NCBI RefSeq assembly: GCF_038025025.1
Contig: NW_027117348.1
Coordinates: forward strand, 558,001-622,000
Origin: Phyllosticta citribraziliensis
Taxonomy: Eukaryota
DNA: 64,000 nt
Reading direction: 5' to 3'
Below the pieces are notes generated by a model, which had not been told where the DNA came from, searched no databases, and saw only the letters and a list, made by a program, of their open reading frames with translations. A program made the position numbers and the translations under genes. Below, piece by piece: positions 10,497-23,490 of this stretch. Position 1 is the stretch's first letter, and every line of letters begins with the position of its first letter.

Positions 10497-13400
10497 ATGC
10501 TTCGCGCCTCGCAGCCGTCGACATGGGCCCCTCGCTCCCTCTCTCTCGCCCGCTGGCGTAGCGCCTCGACCGTCACCAACCTCAAGCACTACCCCGCCGT
10601 CGGCGAGCGCATCCACGGCTTCACCTTGAAGCGCGCAAAGCACTTTCCAGAGCTCGAGTTGACCGCCCTGCACCTCAACCACGACAAGACTGGCGCAGAG
10701 TACCTGCACGTCGCCCGCGACGACTCCAACAATGTCTTCACCATTGGCTTCAAGACGAACCCGCCGGATGACACCGGAGTGCCGCACATTCTCGAGCACA
10801 CGACCCTGTGCGGCAGTGAGAAGTTTGTCCACGCGCCCTGTCCTGGAACTATGGCTGACAGCTCAGATATCCGGTTCGCGATCCCTTTTTCAAGATGCTG
10901 CCGCGATCATTGTCCAATTTCATGAACGCCTTCACGTCCTCCGACTACACCAGCTACCCTTTTGCCACCATCAACCAGCAAGATTTCAAAAATCTCATGT
11001 CCGTATACCTCGACGCCACCCTGCGACCGCTCCTCAAAGCCAGCGATTTTACACAAGAAGGTTGGCGCATCGGTCCGGAGAACCCGCTCGAGGAGGCCTC
11101 TGCCAACAACCAGCTGGCGTTCAAGGGTGTCGTGTACAACGAGATGAAGGGTCAAATGTCAGATGCGAGCTACCTTTACTACATTCGCTTCCAGGATCAC
11201 ATCTTTCCCGCCATCAACAACTCTGGTGGCGACCCGCAGAAGATCACGGACCTCACCCACGAGCAACTCCAAAAGTTCCACGCCGATCACTACCATCCGA
11301 GCAACGCCAAAATCTTTACTTACGGCGACTTCCCCGTGAAAGATCATCTCAAGGAAATAAATGCGCAGTTGGAAAAGTTTGACAAGATCAAGGTCGACAC
11401 GGATATCAAGGTTCCAGTTAGCCTTGACAAGGGCCCGCAGAATGTCACTGTCAAGGGTCCCATTGACCCACTGGTCCCGGCCGACATGCAGTACAAGACT
11501 TCCACCGCGTGGCTGGTTGGCGAAACTTCCGACATATTGGAAACCTTTTCATTGGGCGTCCTTTCCTCTCTGCTGCTAGATGGGTACGGCTGTCCTCTAT
11601 ACCGCGGACTGATTGAGACAGGTCTCGGACCAGACTGGAGTCCCAACACTGGATACGACACCTCTGGCAAGATTGGCATCTTCTCGGTTGGTCTGAATGG
11701 CGTCAAGAAGGAGGATGTTCCCAAGGTCAAGGAGGCCCTCTTCAAGACGTTGAACGAGACGAGAGAAAAGGGCTTTCCCCAGGAAAAGATTGATGGAATT
11801 CTCCACCAACTTGAACTCAGCTTGAAGCACAAGACAGCGAGCTTTGGCATGGGTCTAATGTCGCGACTGAAGCCTGGCTGGTTCAATGGTGTGGATCCTT
11901 TTGATTCTCTGGCGTGGAACGACACGGTTGAGGCTTTCAAAAGGGAGCACGCCAAGGGAGGCTATCTCGAGCGTCTCATGGACAAGTGGCTTTTGAACGA
12001 CAACACCCTCACCTTTACCATGGAGCCTTCGGAGAGTTATGCGCAAGAGTTGGCTGCTGAGGAAGCTAGTCGACTTGCTTCGAAAATTCTCGAAACCACC
12101 AAGCAGTTTGGAACGGAAGAGGAGGCCAAGAAGTTTTTGGAAAAGCGCGAGCTGGATCTCCTCGAGGAACAGAATCGTGGCCGCAACCAGGATCTAAGCT
12201 GCCTTCCCACCCTCCGCGTCAAGGACATTTCACGGCGCAAGGAGAAGAAACCTGTGCGAGACAGCGCATTGGGTAATGTCAAGGTCCAGTGGCGAGAGGC
12301 GGCCACAAATGGTCTGACGTACTTCCGGGCTGTCAACGTGCTTGATAAACTCCCTGACGAGTTGCGCCAGCTCATTCCGCTTTTCAGCGATGCGATCATG
12401 AGACTCGGAACCAAGAACAGGACCATGGAGGAGCTTGAAGATCTCATCAAGCTCAAGACTGGTGGCATTGGCGTGGGATATCACAGCACGACGTCCCCCA
12501 AGGCCATCAACGATTACGAGGAGGGCCTGGTCCTTTCTGGATACGCGTTCGACCGAAACGTCCCCGCGATGTACGAGCTTCTCAACACGGTCATTCGGGA
12601 AACGGATTTCGACGGCCCTGAGTCTGAGAAGAAGATTCGTCAACTTCTCCAGGCGTCTGCAAGCGGTGCAGTGGATGCCGTGGCAAGCTCGGGACATGGT
12701 TATGCAAGGCGGTTTGCAGAAGCCGGCCTCACGCCAGGCGCACGATTGCGCGAGCAGACGGCTGGCTTGACTCAAGTGCAATTGACCGCCAGCCTTGCTG
12801 CTAGAGGCGATTCGGAATCTTTGGCCGACGTCATCTCGAAGCTCAAGACGATACAGAACCTGGCTGTTGCCAACACCAAGAACATGCGCGTCGCATTGAC
12901 GTGTGGCACTGAAAGCTCAACGACAAACGAGCAGGCCCTGCAAAAGTTCCTCTCGACGATGCCTACCAATGCTTCTGAAACGCCTGCCGTCTCCCGCCTC
13001 ACGACATACCCGCGCAACGCAAAATCTTTCTTCCCTCTGCCGTACCAAGTATACTACTCTTCCCTCGCACTTCCTACCGTTCCCTACACCGATGGCAAGG
13101 GGCCACCCCTTCAAATTCTCGCCCAGCTCCTCACGCACAAGCATCTCCACCACGAGATTCGCGAAAAGGGCGGCGCGTACGGAGGCGGAGCCTATGCCAA
13201 CGGCCTAGGTGGAACCTTTGGCTTTTACAGCTACCGCGACCCAAACCCGCAAAACACGATGCGCATCGTCAACGAGTCGGGTGTCTGGGCGCGGGATCGC
13301 GAGTGGACAGATGGCGAGCTCGAGGAAGCCAAGTTGAGCGTTTTCCAATCGGTGGATGCGCCCGAGAGCGTCAGCCAAGAAGGCATGAACCGGTTCCTGA

Positions 13401-13597
13401 GCGGAGTAGACTATGAGATGCAGCAGAAGAGGAGAGAACAGCTGCTCGACGTTTCGATTCAAGACGTCAGAGAGGCGGCGCAGCACTTTTTGGTAGACGG
13501 CGTGGCAAAGAGCAACGTTGCGGTGCTGGGTGAAAAGAAGGACTGGGTTAACAAGGATTGGGAGGTCCGCGATCTGGGAATGGCGGAATCGTCTTAG
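10497..13597 (+). CDS. CYM1: Mitochondrial presequence protease (pitrilysin-like, peptidase M16C); intron 10823-10866
   Basis: HILEH inverted zinc motif ([17 protein letters not shown]^[23 protein letters not shown]), [24 protein letters not shown] and SYRDPN; Arg/Ser-rich presequence [20 protein letters not shown]. Confidence 0.95.
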
Positions 13598-14153
13598 GCG
13601 TTGTCAGGCGTCGGTGGAGGCAACAAAAGGTTTGACTTGAGGCGTTGACGAGATTATGTCAGCACATGTAGAATTCCACTCTTGAATTTGTTGTAGGTGC
13701 TTTGCCGCTTTTCCTTCTCTACATTACCCACGCGCGAAAGAACAGATTACAACCGCGGCGTCTCCGGCTCTCATCAATGCTGGTAGTCGTTGCAGCGCCT
13801 CTTGGGGTGCTTGAGCGCAAGATGAATCCTTCGAGCTGCCACCATTGCAGAGCCCCGGCTTCGCAGCCTGGTGGTTTTGCATGTCGTGCTCGGTGGGCCG
13901 CGTAGTCACAGACCTGCGAGTGTCAATTTCCTCACTGCGCGGACTAAGCTGCGCGGACATGTAGTCTTCAGAATTGATCCATCCGCCAATGAGAAAAAGA
14001 GTTTTGTGAAGTTGCCCGTTTCGTCATATGAGCCTCGGCGCGCAACGCGCTTTCGCGTCGCCCGCGCGAAATAACCAATGCCTGTCCAACCAACACAAAT
14101 GCGCAACCACGCCAGCATCGCATAGCCCAATTCCACCTCTCTCCCTTCCAGCC

Positions 14154-15954
14154 ATGGCCGTCCCCGAATATCCCGCCGACCTGCTGCAGTCTCCATCGTA
14201 CGCTGCGCCCTGCTACAGAAACCTTCAGCGCTTACTCTCCGCAGCTCCTCCGAGTTCCCCGCCATATCACGACCGCACACGCCGTCCTACCAGCCTCTAC
14301 ACACCTTTGCGCTGCCCAAGGGCCAGGATAGACAATATGTTCAGCAATATGCCGACATGTACTTCTTGCGACTGGCACAGCTCAAGCCCATTGTCGAGCA
14401 GGTCGCAGAAGAGGCGTGGGAGAGCTTCGAGGTAGGACCAGCACCACACAAGGTGTGAGACAAATCTGACAGGCTCAAAGCTGGCAGGAGAGAAGGCACA
14501 GCAAGTAGATCGCGTGCTGGACGTACGGCAGGGTCAAGCGTGTTGGGTCGTTGGCACCGTGTTTATGCAAATGGGGCTGAAGCCAGACGTGCTGGACGAC
14601 ATTTCAAAAGAGGTGAACCACTCGTACTCCCAAGACTGACACTCGCTGACACGGAATACAGCACTGGATAGCCGCTCCTCCGCCCCGAGAAAAGTACATG
14701 TCGCCCGACGGCACTGGCGACGAAATCATGCTCGAAGACGAGTCGGGACGCCTCCAGATATCCGGCAGCATCCTCCGCGAACACCCTCTCGTCACCGGCG
14801 CCATCATTGCCGCCATTGGCAGCGAAAACAAGCACGGCGTCTTCGAGGTCATAGACATCCGCGTAGCAGATCTGCCACCGCAGCCAGAGCGCTGGGCCCT
14901 CTCCCAACCACCATCCTCCACACCACTACCCTCCAAGAAGATTGCCATAGTCAGCGGCCTGAACATCTCCGGCACGTCGACCGACTCCCTTGCTCTCGAC
15001 CTCCTCCTCGAATACCTCCTTGGTGAAGCTGGCGACGCGTCCAGCGCCTCGCAAATAACGCGGCTGGTCATCGCGGGCGACTCGATCTCCAAGGGGTCGC
15101 CCATCCCGACTCGTGAAGACCTCGCCATGCGCAGCAAGATATCCGGTAGCGGCACGGGCGCCGTGGCGCGCAAGTTTGGCTACGACGCGTCAGCGTACAA
15201 CGCGGCGCCGATTGAGCGGCTGGATGCATTTCTGGCGGAGCTGCTGCCCAGCATTCCCGTCACGATTCTTCCAGGTGCCAGCGATCCGGCAAACGTGGCC
15301 GTGCCGCAACAGCCGCTGCATCCGGCGCTGTTCCGACACAGTCGCGCGTACATGAAGTCGCCTGCCGCGGAGGAGGCGGAGCCCGGCTGGCTCGACGCCG
15401 TGACTAACCCGTGGGAGGGCGAGATTGAGGGATGGAGAGTGCTGGGTAGCGGCGGGCAGAACGTGAACGACGTGGCAAAGTACGTGGGCGTGAACAACGA
15501 CGAAGCAGCAGCAGGAGACGGCGAAGCCATGGACGTCGACAGCGGCGACGGCGCAGCAAAAAACCAAACGAGCACCGACGACAGCGACCGCTGCGAACTG
15601 ATGGACGCGCTGCTGCGCTGGCGCTGCGTCGCTCCCACTGCGCCGGACACGCTCTGTAAGATCCCCCCTTTTCCCTGACCACCCTTCTTTGTCTAACGAG
15701 GCAATCAAATAGGGTCCTATCCCTTCCAAGACGACGACCCCTTCCTCCTCTCGCGCTGTCCGCACCTCTTCTTCGCCGGCAACCAGCCCCGCTTCGCCAC
15801 TGACCTGGCCCGCGGCCCGGCCGGCCAGCTCGTCCGACTCGTCGCCGTCCCGCGCTTTTGCGACACCGGTCTCATTGTCCTCGTCGATGTTGGAGGGGAT
15901 GAGGCAGAGGAGGCGTTGGGCGTGGAGGTTGTCAGGGTGGTCGCTGAGGGTTGA
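14154..15954 (+). CDS. POL31: DNA polymerase delta small (B) subunit, multi-exon
   Basis: QQYADMYFLRLAQLKP, LEDESGRLQI, LVTGAIIAAIG, LVIAGDS, PGASDPAN..PQQPLH, VTNP, GSGGQNVNDV, RCVAPTAPDTL^..YPFQDDDPF...CPHLFFAGNQP; first intron 14198-14244, stop TGA 15952-15954. Confidence 0.95.
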
Positions 15955-16528
15955 GACTGTGTCGAAGAGAAGTAGGTGTTGCTCTGGCGAGCAGGGGAGA
16001 AAGGGAAAGGCGGGTTCATGATCAGAGTCTGTTTGGCCTAGTTCCGCTGGCTGGACGGCACGAGTGATAGTCCTCCACAGCAGGCACTTTTCGACCACCG
16101 CGCCGAAGAAAGAGGAAAACGGAAGAATGGAAGTCAAAATAGAGGACACCGAACCAATCATGCTCTCTCTCCAGCAAACTGTCTCGGATGTTTCACTGGA
16201 GGGGCAGCGGGCATCCATCCTCCGGGGATTGACAGGTCTAAAGAAAGATTTGCCCTTGGCGAGCAACCAACGCGATGAAGAAGAGTCATTATATCGCCAT
16301 TGACTACGAACCTACCTACTGTCGGTGAAGCAGTGAAGCGCCGGCGAAGACATGACATGCATGGCGGCAAGAAAGCAGCAACTGAGTGCCCGCACCCGAC
16401 GTCAATCAATCTCATTCTCTGGCCACGAAACCTCGTCGCCTCCTGCTCCCCAGGCTTGACGTCTCCAACATACCCAGCTCTTCACGGCCATCTCAACCAT
16501 CACCACCCACCCACCCGCTACCCCCGCT

Positions 16529-17393
16529 CTAAACAGCCCTATCCACGACAAAGACGACCAGCACAATCAGCAGCAGCAGCACAACCAGCACCACGGCCAA
16601 AAGCGGCGCCGGAACGCTCCGCCGCCTCCTCGTCATGAGCAACGGCTGCCCGTCGTCCTCCTCCCAGTACTCCTCGTCCTCCGCATCTAGCTCGCCCGCG
16701 CCCAGCAGCGCCTCCTCCTCGCCCGCCTCCACGACCGCCGCGTCGCCCCCGCTCGCCGTCGAATAGTACCGCGTGCGCGGACGCCCGCGCGGCCGGCGGC
16801 CCTGCCGTGATTTTTTGCTGCCGCTGCCGTTGCTCCCAGCCGACGACGACGCCGCGCCAGGCAGCGAGTCGAGCGACGCGTCCGAGCCCTGCTGCAGCGC
16901 CCTGCTCGCGCCGGCACCATCGCCGCCCATCGCCCACGGATTCTCCGTCAACCTGGCGTGCGAGTTGGCGGCCGAAGAAGCCGTCACGGCCGGATACGAC
17001 TTCGCTCTCGCGGGCAGCGGGTCGCGCTCGTAGAAGGCCGCCGCGGGCGGGTCCTGGAACGTGACGCTGGGCGTGGGCGCGGGCGCGGGCGGCTCCCAGG
17101 TGTTGGAGGCGGAGAACTGCTCGGCGTGCGCGGCGGCGGATGCGGCGCTGGCGGCGGCCGCGGTGGCGGTCGTTGTCGGCGAGTCCGGGTCGAGGGTGGC
17201 GTCGGAGTGCGTGGATGTCGTGCTGGGCCGCCGGGGCTTGGGGGAGGGAGAAGGGCTGCGGTGGTGGGTGCGGTGTGGTGTTGGGGTCGGTGTGGGGGAG
17301 GAGTCGTGGGAGGAGTACTGATTGTGGTGTTAGCTCGTTGTTTTGTAGGAGAGGAGGGAGGCTTGCGCTTGAGCCGTGATCCGTGTCCGCCAT
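16529..17393 (-). CDS. Hypothetical low-complexity (Ser/Pro/Thr/Ala-rich) protein with C-terminal transmembrane helix (tail-anchored); 5' end uncertain
   Basis: Frame open from 17317 to 16529 with GC-rich codon usage, an acidic patch (EDEEYWEEDD), RRRR and hydrophobic PLLAVVLVVLLLLIVLVVFVV just before the stop. Branch point plus acceptor GCTAAC..CAG at 17318-17334. ATG17393 joins in frame only through a GC-AG intron. Confidence 0.6.
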
Positions 17394-19413
17394 TTGGATC
17401 TCGACCTTGGAGCGCTGCTTTTCTTGACAGAGGTCCCGTCAGCTCGAAGCGGGTGCTCGAATCGAAAGCCCCAGAATTATCGCTCCAGAGAAAGTTGACG
17501 AGATGCGGCGTGCTTCAGGATTTGCTCAAGCAAGCCAGTCCAGAACAGGCACGACACAGTTTTCTCCAAGAATGGACGGCGCGAGAGTGAGCGAGAAGAT
17601 GCAACTTGAAAAGCAGGCAAGAAAACTGACGACGATGTCTCGACTTTGTTGGCGCAAGCGGAGAATAGATCAAGGTCAAGACAGCAAAGATTAAGAAGAA
17701 GACAAGACTCGACTGGAGGCAGCAGCAGCAAAAAGAGGAAGGAGAGGTGACGCGCACCTGCACTGCACGACTGGCGGCCACGAGCACTCAAGTGGAACTG
17801 CGAATCCGGGTCAACACCGTTGCTCACTCGAGGCTGTGCGGACGGACAGACAGACAGACAGCCGGCCTCGCGAGCACGAGAAACGTCGCACTCGACGTGG
17901 TTCGGGGGAGCGCAGGTTGCCAGGAAAGCAGCGGGCTGGGTGTGTAGCAGATGGGCTGGCTGGTCTGACCGGAGGGGGTGGAATAGAGGAACAAAAAGTC
18001 GCAATGCGATCCGTTGATTACAACAACCGCATATGCACGCAATCAAGCAAGCACGCACTCAAGCAGGCAGGCAGGCAGGCAGGCTGCTGACCCAACGTCA
18101 GGCCAGGGACTGGCGAATGGTGGTAAGGTAACGGCTGACGCTGTGAGCCGGCGGGCCAATGGGCAGGCGAGGGTCCTGTTATGATCCCAGTCGGTGCAGT
18201 GCCGTCCCAGAACTCTGGTATGGAGGGCCGGTTGGTCGGTCGAGTACCAATGGTTCGACTTTTGCCCACTCTTGACAATGTATGTAGGTAGATAAGGAGG
18301 ATCCCAAGTGACGGTGTAAAAGGACAGGAGACTTTGCTTCCACTGCGGCGGTAGTGTTGAGAGACGAAAAGGAAACGCGGTTTCTTTGGCAACACCTTGG
18401 AGAGTAGCTACATCCAAATCAAAACGACCAGAGATGCCAGGAGTTGTGGAAGGCGTGGCGTGACAGGACGGGCCTCAGGGTGATGCTCGAGAAGAGAAAG
18501 TGACGGCCCGTCAACGAGTGGGCGCAGATCAAGCGACAGGAATAGAAGATGAATGCTCCCAACGGCTCCAACGGTCAAGCATGTGGTGTGGTTTCGCACG
18601 TGGAACGTGGCTGGCCGTAGCGTGCGCGCGTATGCGCCGTGACGTTGGACTGGTGTAAGACGAAGACAGCCGAGACGTATCAACGAGAGGGAGGCGCGAG
18701 AGAGAGGGGGAGGACGGGATGATTCTGTACTCGGCGACGGATGAGGAACAGCCACGGTCTGATACAATACCCAATGTGAAGATTGACGTTGGGAGCTCAT
18801 GCGGATAGTGCGGGGGTGGGGCTGGGCAGCGGGGTAGCGGGGTGCAATAATGAGGCTGGGCAGGGACTCGACGCCATCCCTTGGTCATGGCGGACAAAAA
18901 CAATCCAAGACTGAAAGGGATTCAGGGAAAGGAAAAAAAGTTCAGGACAGAGGGGCGTACCGAAAAGTTGGACTCACTTCCAGCGTCACAGGGCTGTGTT
19001 TTGCGACGGCCCATCATTTTCAGCTCCATTATAAGAGGCACACCATTATACCATGAGCTGCAGTGATGTGCAAATAAGGTCAAGCCCAGCCAAATTGCCG
19101 GCGCCACCCAACCCATGCGTGGTATGCTTGCCGTGTATCCCTTGCACCGCTCCAGAAGCAACCACACTGGCGGACATGGTGTAGCATTCCAGCCACCTCT
19201 ATTGCGACAACATTACACCGGCCGGCTTGCCTCGGTAGGGGTCTTTCCAAATGAATGATCAGATGTTGCAAATTTGGAAAGTTGATCAAGTCGGAGTAAG
19301 ACATGAGCCAGTCTGCTTTCGCCAACCAGGCCAGTTATCTCCTCCGATAGAGCCAGCAAGTCGACCTGGCTTCACTTGACCACATGCACGCCATGCAGTG
19401 CCGATTGATGCCA

Positions 19414-21708
19414 TCAACTTCCAAACTTCCTGATCACAACTCCAGCCAGTAACTCGCTCCCATCACTCCCCCAGACGCGCTTACATGGTACAATGGTGGG
19501 CTTGACGGCTTCCAGCCAGGCGCGTGGTAGCTCGCCGGCCACATAGACAGTAAAAACAGCGTCAACATCGCCCTCTTCTTTCTTCTCCTCAGTTGGCGTC
19601 TCTTCTGGCAGACCAGCTGGTGCCAACACTTGTTTGAGTTCTTCAAGTTGCGAAGCGTGGGTTATTCCGACCATGAAGAAAGCAGTTCCATCGTTGCCGG
19701 GCTGCGCAGAAAAGACCTCCACGGGATGGCCGGCAGCTGTACCGCTGGTGACAGATTTGAGAGTCACAGTCGAGGAACGGGCAGACAGACCCGGACTGGT
19801 CCACTCGATTTGAGCGTCGCGAGGGAGCGATAGAACCTGGGCGACGAAGCAGGGCGGTGTCAGTGACCGGCCTTGCACCCTGTTGTAGTCTGGCAGCGCG
19901 GGTCGGCGGTCCTTTTCTGGCTCAAGAGCCGCAGGGCCTCGCCCGCCATACTTCATATCCCAGACATCGACGTCGTCGTCATCCTCTTCCTCGTGCTGCT
20001 CAAACGGCCTGTGCATGATTTCGTGGATCCCTCGCCATGCGCGGCTTGCGATGCTGGCTCGGCGATTTCCTTCCTCTCGGCTGCAGTCCGAAATGAATGC
20101 CACTCCACAAGTCCACCAGTGAACATTCATCACCCGACCGATACGCCAGAGATGCTGGAGGGCGACAACGGTCTGTACGCCGAACTCGGAGACGTTCTTC
20201 AAGGCGGGCACATCCGATACCGTTACCGTGGTCATGCTTGCCGGCACCAGTGGGATCTGGCCCGCGAGGTGCACAACATCGGTGTTGGACGCCGTCGAAG
20301 CGGGTACGGCGACCGCCTGAGAGTATGGTCCAATGTTGGCGGGGGCCCAGTAGCTCCGGCTCTGGACGTGGAGACCTCGCCTCTCTCCTGGTGAACCAAC
20401 CAGGTCTACTGTGCAGGACAGCATCACGTCCACTCCGGAAGGAAGCGAGTCGCCGCAGGCCACGGTGACGCGAGCGGGTGGAACAGGGGCTGTGAATAGA
20501 GCTCCGTAGATGGGGTTGAGAGTGACAAACAGGGTCATGGAGCGGAGGAGCAGAGTTGTCGAGCTGATTGAAGCGGGAGTAACGTCATGGTCTGCGAGAA
20601 TCTGTCGCAGGTCGGTCACGATGTTTGTAAGTTGGCTGGACGGGTCGGAGGGTGCGGCGTCGAGCGGCGAAATGAGATTGGAAATTGTTAGCGTTGACCG
20701 GTGGACGTAGGTGGTCTGCAGCAGATGGGGAGGTGTTTGTGAGAAGATGGCGCTCTCTGATCTTGTAGAATCAACCGCTTCGTCTTTGGGGAGGATTTCT
20801 TCCGGCGACTGTTTTCCAAGCTCTTCAAATTCGACGTCCAGTATGTCAGGTATTCTCAAATTCTGTAGTCCATCTTCAACCGCGCTGTCTTCAACTTTTG
20901 CTCCGGTAAACCTGACCACCGCGCTACCACCATCTCCCCTTACAGGTTCAGGGTCCACATGTACCTCGATTCTGCCCCCTTTCCAGAGGATTCTGGGGCC
21001 TGCTACGGCCAGAGTCTCGAATTCTCCGCCTTCGCCGAGGACGGCGCCCTCGCCGCCAAACCTACCTGCAGCGCGCCGAAGCTTCTCAACGGTTCGCCTA
21101 GCCGCCACATTCTCCCACAAGAAGTCGGTGTCGATTCCTCCGCTGGCGACCTTGATGATTCGCGCGTCCTGACCGACGGCGCCCATGTCATGCAGCAGGG
21201 AAGATTCAGCATACGGCGGCAGGGACGGATATTGCCAAAGATAGCCCAACGAGGCGAGACCGAGGCGCACGCACACAGACTCTACACGCGTCCGCTGATA
21301 TGTGCTGAGGATTGCACCAGTCGATACGGCGTTGGCCGTGGGATGGTCTTGGAGGACTTTTTTGAGGAGGGGCACGAGAGACTCGGTCTCGTCTTCATTC
21401 GACAAATTCTCGGTCTGCGGAGCATATTCCCGGCCCGTGACGACGGCTCCCCCGTAGATGGGTTGCCGATAGAGGGGCAGCTTCAAGGCTTGCTCGTACA
21501 ACGGAATGATGCTGTGGCCGACGGTCTGGTACATGAAGCTGTCCAGGTCCTCGCCTTCGACGTCTGCTGGCTGATCCGGAGAGGCCGGCGCTGGGTAGAG
21601 ATTTGCGAGCGCGACTACTTCATGGCCTTGGGCAAGGCAATGGAGGATGCTGAATAGCGAATCCTTCCCACCCGAGATGAGGGCGATGACTTGCAACTTT
21701 TCAGGCAT
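19414..21708 (-). CDS. DPH6: Diphthine--ammonia ligase with C-terminal YjgF/RidA-like domains
   Basis: ALISGGKDS PP-loop, DSFMYQTVG, GAILSTYQRTRVE.VC.RLGL, GEGGEFET, LHVQSRSYWAPANIGPYSQA and AGQIPLVP; intronless. Confidence 0.95.
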   Translation of the reverse strand: MPEKLQVIALISGGKDSLFSILHCLAQGHEVVALANLYPAPASPDQPADVEGEDLDSFMYQTVGHSIIPLYEQALKLPLYRQPIYGGAVVTGREYAPQTENLSNEDETESLVPLLKKVLQDHPTANAVSTGAILSTYQRTRVESVCVRLGLASLGYLWQYPSLPPYAESSLLHDMGAVGQDARIIKVASGGIDTDFLWENVAARRTVEKLRRAAGRFGGEGAVLGEGGEFETLAVAGPRILWKGGRIEVHVDPEPVRGDGGSAVVRFTGAKVEDSAVEDGLQNLRIPDILDVEFEELGKQSPEEILPKDEAVDSTRSESAIFSQTPPHLLQTTYVHRSTLTISNLISPLDAAPSDPSSQLTNIVTDLRQILADHDVTPASISSTTLLLRSMTLFVTLNPIYGALFTAPVPPARVTVACGDSLPSGVDVMLSCTVDLVGSPGERRGLHVQSRSYWAPANIGPYSQAVAVPASTASNTDVVHLAGQIPLVPASMTTVTVSDVPALKNVSEFGVQTVVALQHLWRIGRVMNVHWWTCGVAFISDCSREEGNRRASIASRAWRGIHEIMHRPFEQHEEEDDDDVDVWDMKYGGRGPAALEPEKDRRPALPDYNRVQGRSLTPPCFVAQVLSLPRDAQIEWTSPGLSARSSTVTLKSVTSGTAAGHPVEVFSAQPGNDGTAFFMVGITHASQLEELKQVLAPAGLPEETPTEEKKEEGDVDAVFTVYVAGELPRAWLEAVKPTIVPCKRVWGSDGSELLAGVVIRKFGS

Positions 21709-23454
21709 GGTGGAGCGACGAAGGGCGACAGGAGACCAGCGTGCTCGGCTCAATGGCTCTCTCCTTGGATCGCTTCAGATGTGTGGTGAAGCGGCAGATG
21801 AAAACTCAAGTGTTTGATGGAATCGACATGGTGGTGTCGCGTCCCCAGGTTGGCGGGCGTCGGATGCAGACGTTGACGAGGCGCGATCTTTTGCCGAAGT
21901 CTGCATCAACCTCATCCAAACCATCACAACCATCACAACACACCAAAACCACCATCTTCGCCATGGCAGCCATCAAAAGCATCAATCCACGCCCCTCGTT
22001 GCAGAGATACGATGATTGACCCTCAGATGCCGCTGGAGCGGCCCGGCGCGAAGCTGGACGTTGACACCACAGACCGCTCTTTCGCCCATCACGCATCCTC
22101 ATGCCCGTCCAACGCACTCGATGCCACAATGGCGCCAGTATCGCAGCTTGCTCGGAACTCTCTCGCCAGCCGCATGCAGAGAGGCACTTGCATTTTCGAA
22201 AAGACCTTCTCCACTTGTGCTATACAGGCGCTGGAGCATAGCACAGCACAGTATATCCGGGAGCCATGAACAACACAGCATCTATCCACATTGGGTCCAG
22301 CCCTGACATGTACTGCATACGCTCACACCGCACGCCGCACCGAGATATGCCACCGGCCCACGAAAAGAGGCCCTTCCTCCCGCAATTCTTTCCTTCGACC
22401 AGTCTTCCACGAGTCCTTCCATGGCCCTCCACCACTCCGCTTCCACTCCGCCGCTCCCGCCCCCACTTGTTCTGCACCGCAAAGAGCTCACCGCGTCGAC
22501 GTGCGGCCATTAATCGAGCAAAAGTCTGGACCCGGCCCTGCCCTGCCCTGCCCTGCCCTATCCAATCCAGCCCAGGCCACCGCCTTGACAGTCTCCAACC
22601 TCATGGCAGGCCCGTCATACGCAATAGTGCAGCAGGGACCCGGTCCAAACGCGAGCGTACGTCCTCACGCCAGATGCGGCCGGCAACTGGCCCATCTGCC
22701 GCGCATCCCAATCTGTCCAGACCGCCGCTTGCGAACCGACTGCCTCGCGTCCCGCCCGCTCTCCATCTGCACTCGACCGGCGAGCGTCTGGCCCTTTGCT
22801 CGCTTCCAGAGACCGGCAATTCCCCTTGACATGGACTCCAGCCAGTCTGGTCCCCTTCCCCACCTCTCTGCGACCTCTGTTTCCAGTCCTCCCCCACCGT
22901 GTCTCCCCACCCGGCCCTGATGGCTGCCAAACATACCGCTCCGGCCGGCCGCCCTCACCGCAGGTAGGTACTTGCCGCTCTTCTATTCATGCGCGTCCCT
23001 GCCTTCTAGAAGCATTGGCGAAGCCCACACCGTATGTACCGTGTGCTCACCTCGCCCCGGACGGCCCGCTTCCTGCCTGCCCTGGCCGACGTTGAAGCGA
23101 CCCTCATCTCAAACCGGCCCTGCGCCAGGCACATACGGTGAGCGAGGCGAGCATCTCATCGTACCGCACCGCACCGCGCCGTAGTGTACCCGTACCCGCA
23201 TGTACTGTACCGCGCGCGCTGCTGCAACGCAAGGCAGTGGCGAGAGCAGAAATGCTCCGCACAGGCTTGACTTGACGTCCGCTTGCATATTTGCCCGCAC
23301 GCGTCCGTCTGTGCCAACCTGCCCCATCAGCATGTGCACAGCTTGCCCACGCGGACGAGCAGGAGCCAGGGGAAATGCTCGGAATAGACGTAGCTTCGCC
23401 CGAGCAGCCAGAGGACGGCTGGTAGGTGGTCGGTCGGACCGGGATGCTCGTTGA

Positions 23455-23455
<1 letters not shown>

Positions 23456-23487
<32 letters not shown>
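23456..23487. repeat. (CTG)10 microsatellite; one of many short SSRs in the non-coding blocks, e.g. (GCAG)n about 18062-18083, (CCCTG)n about 22536-22559, (GCCT)n about 33917-33945
   Basis: Read directly from the sequence. Confidence 0.9.

Positions 23488-23490
<3 letters not shown>

Noticed and set aside
19080..19325. 81-aa minus-strand ORF containing FPNLQHLIIHL, reminiscent of LRR-like segments
   Set aside because: Short, non-ATG start, lies in the probable DPH6 3' region, no supporting exons found.
21709..21753. Longer ORF-track starts for DPH6 (21753) and nitronate monooxygenase (7885)
   Set aside because: Those starts are non-ATG codons; the ATGs at 21708 and 7843 match family N-termini.
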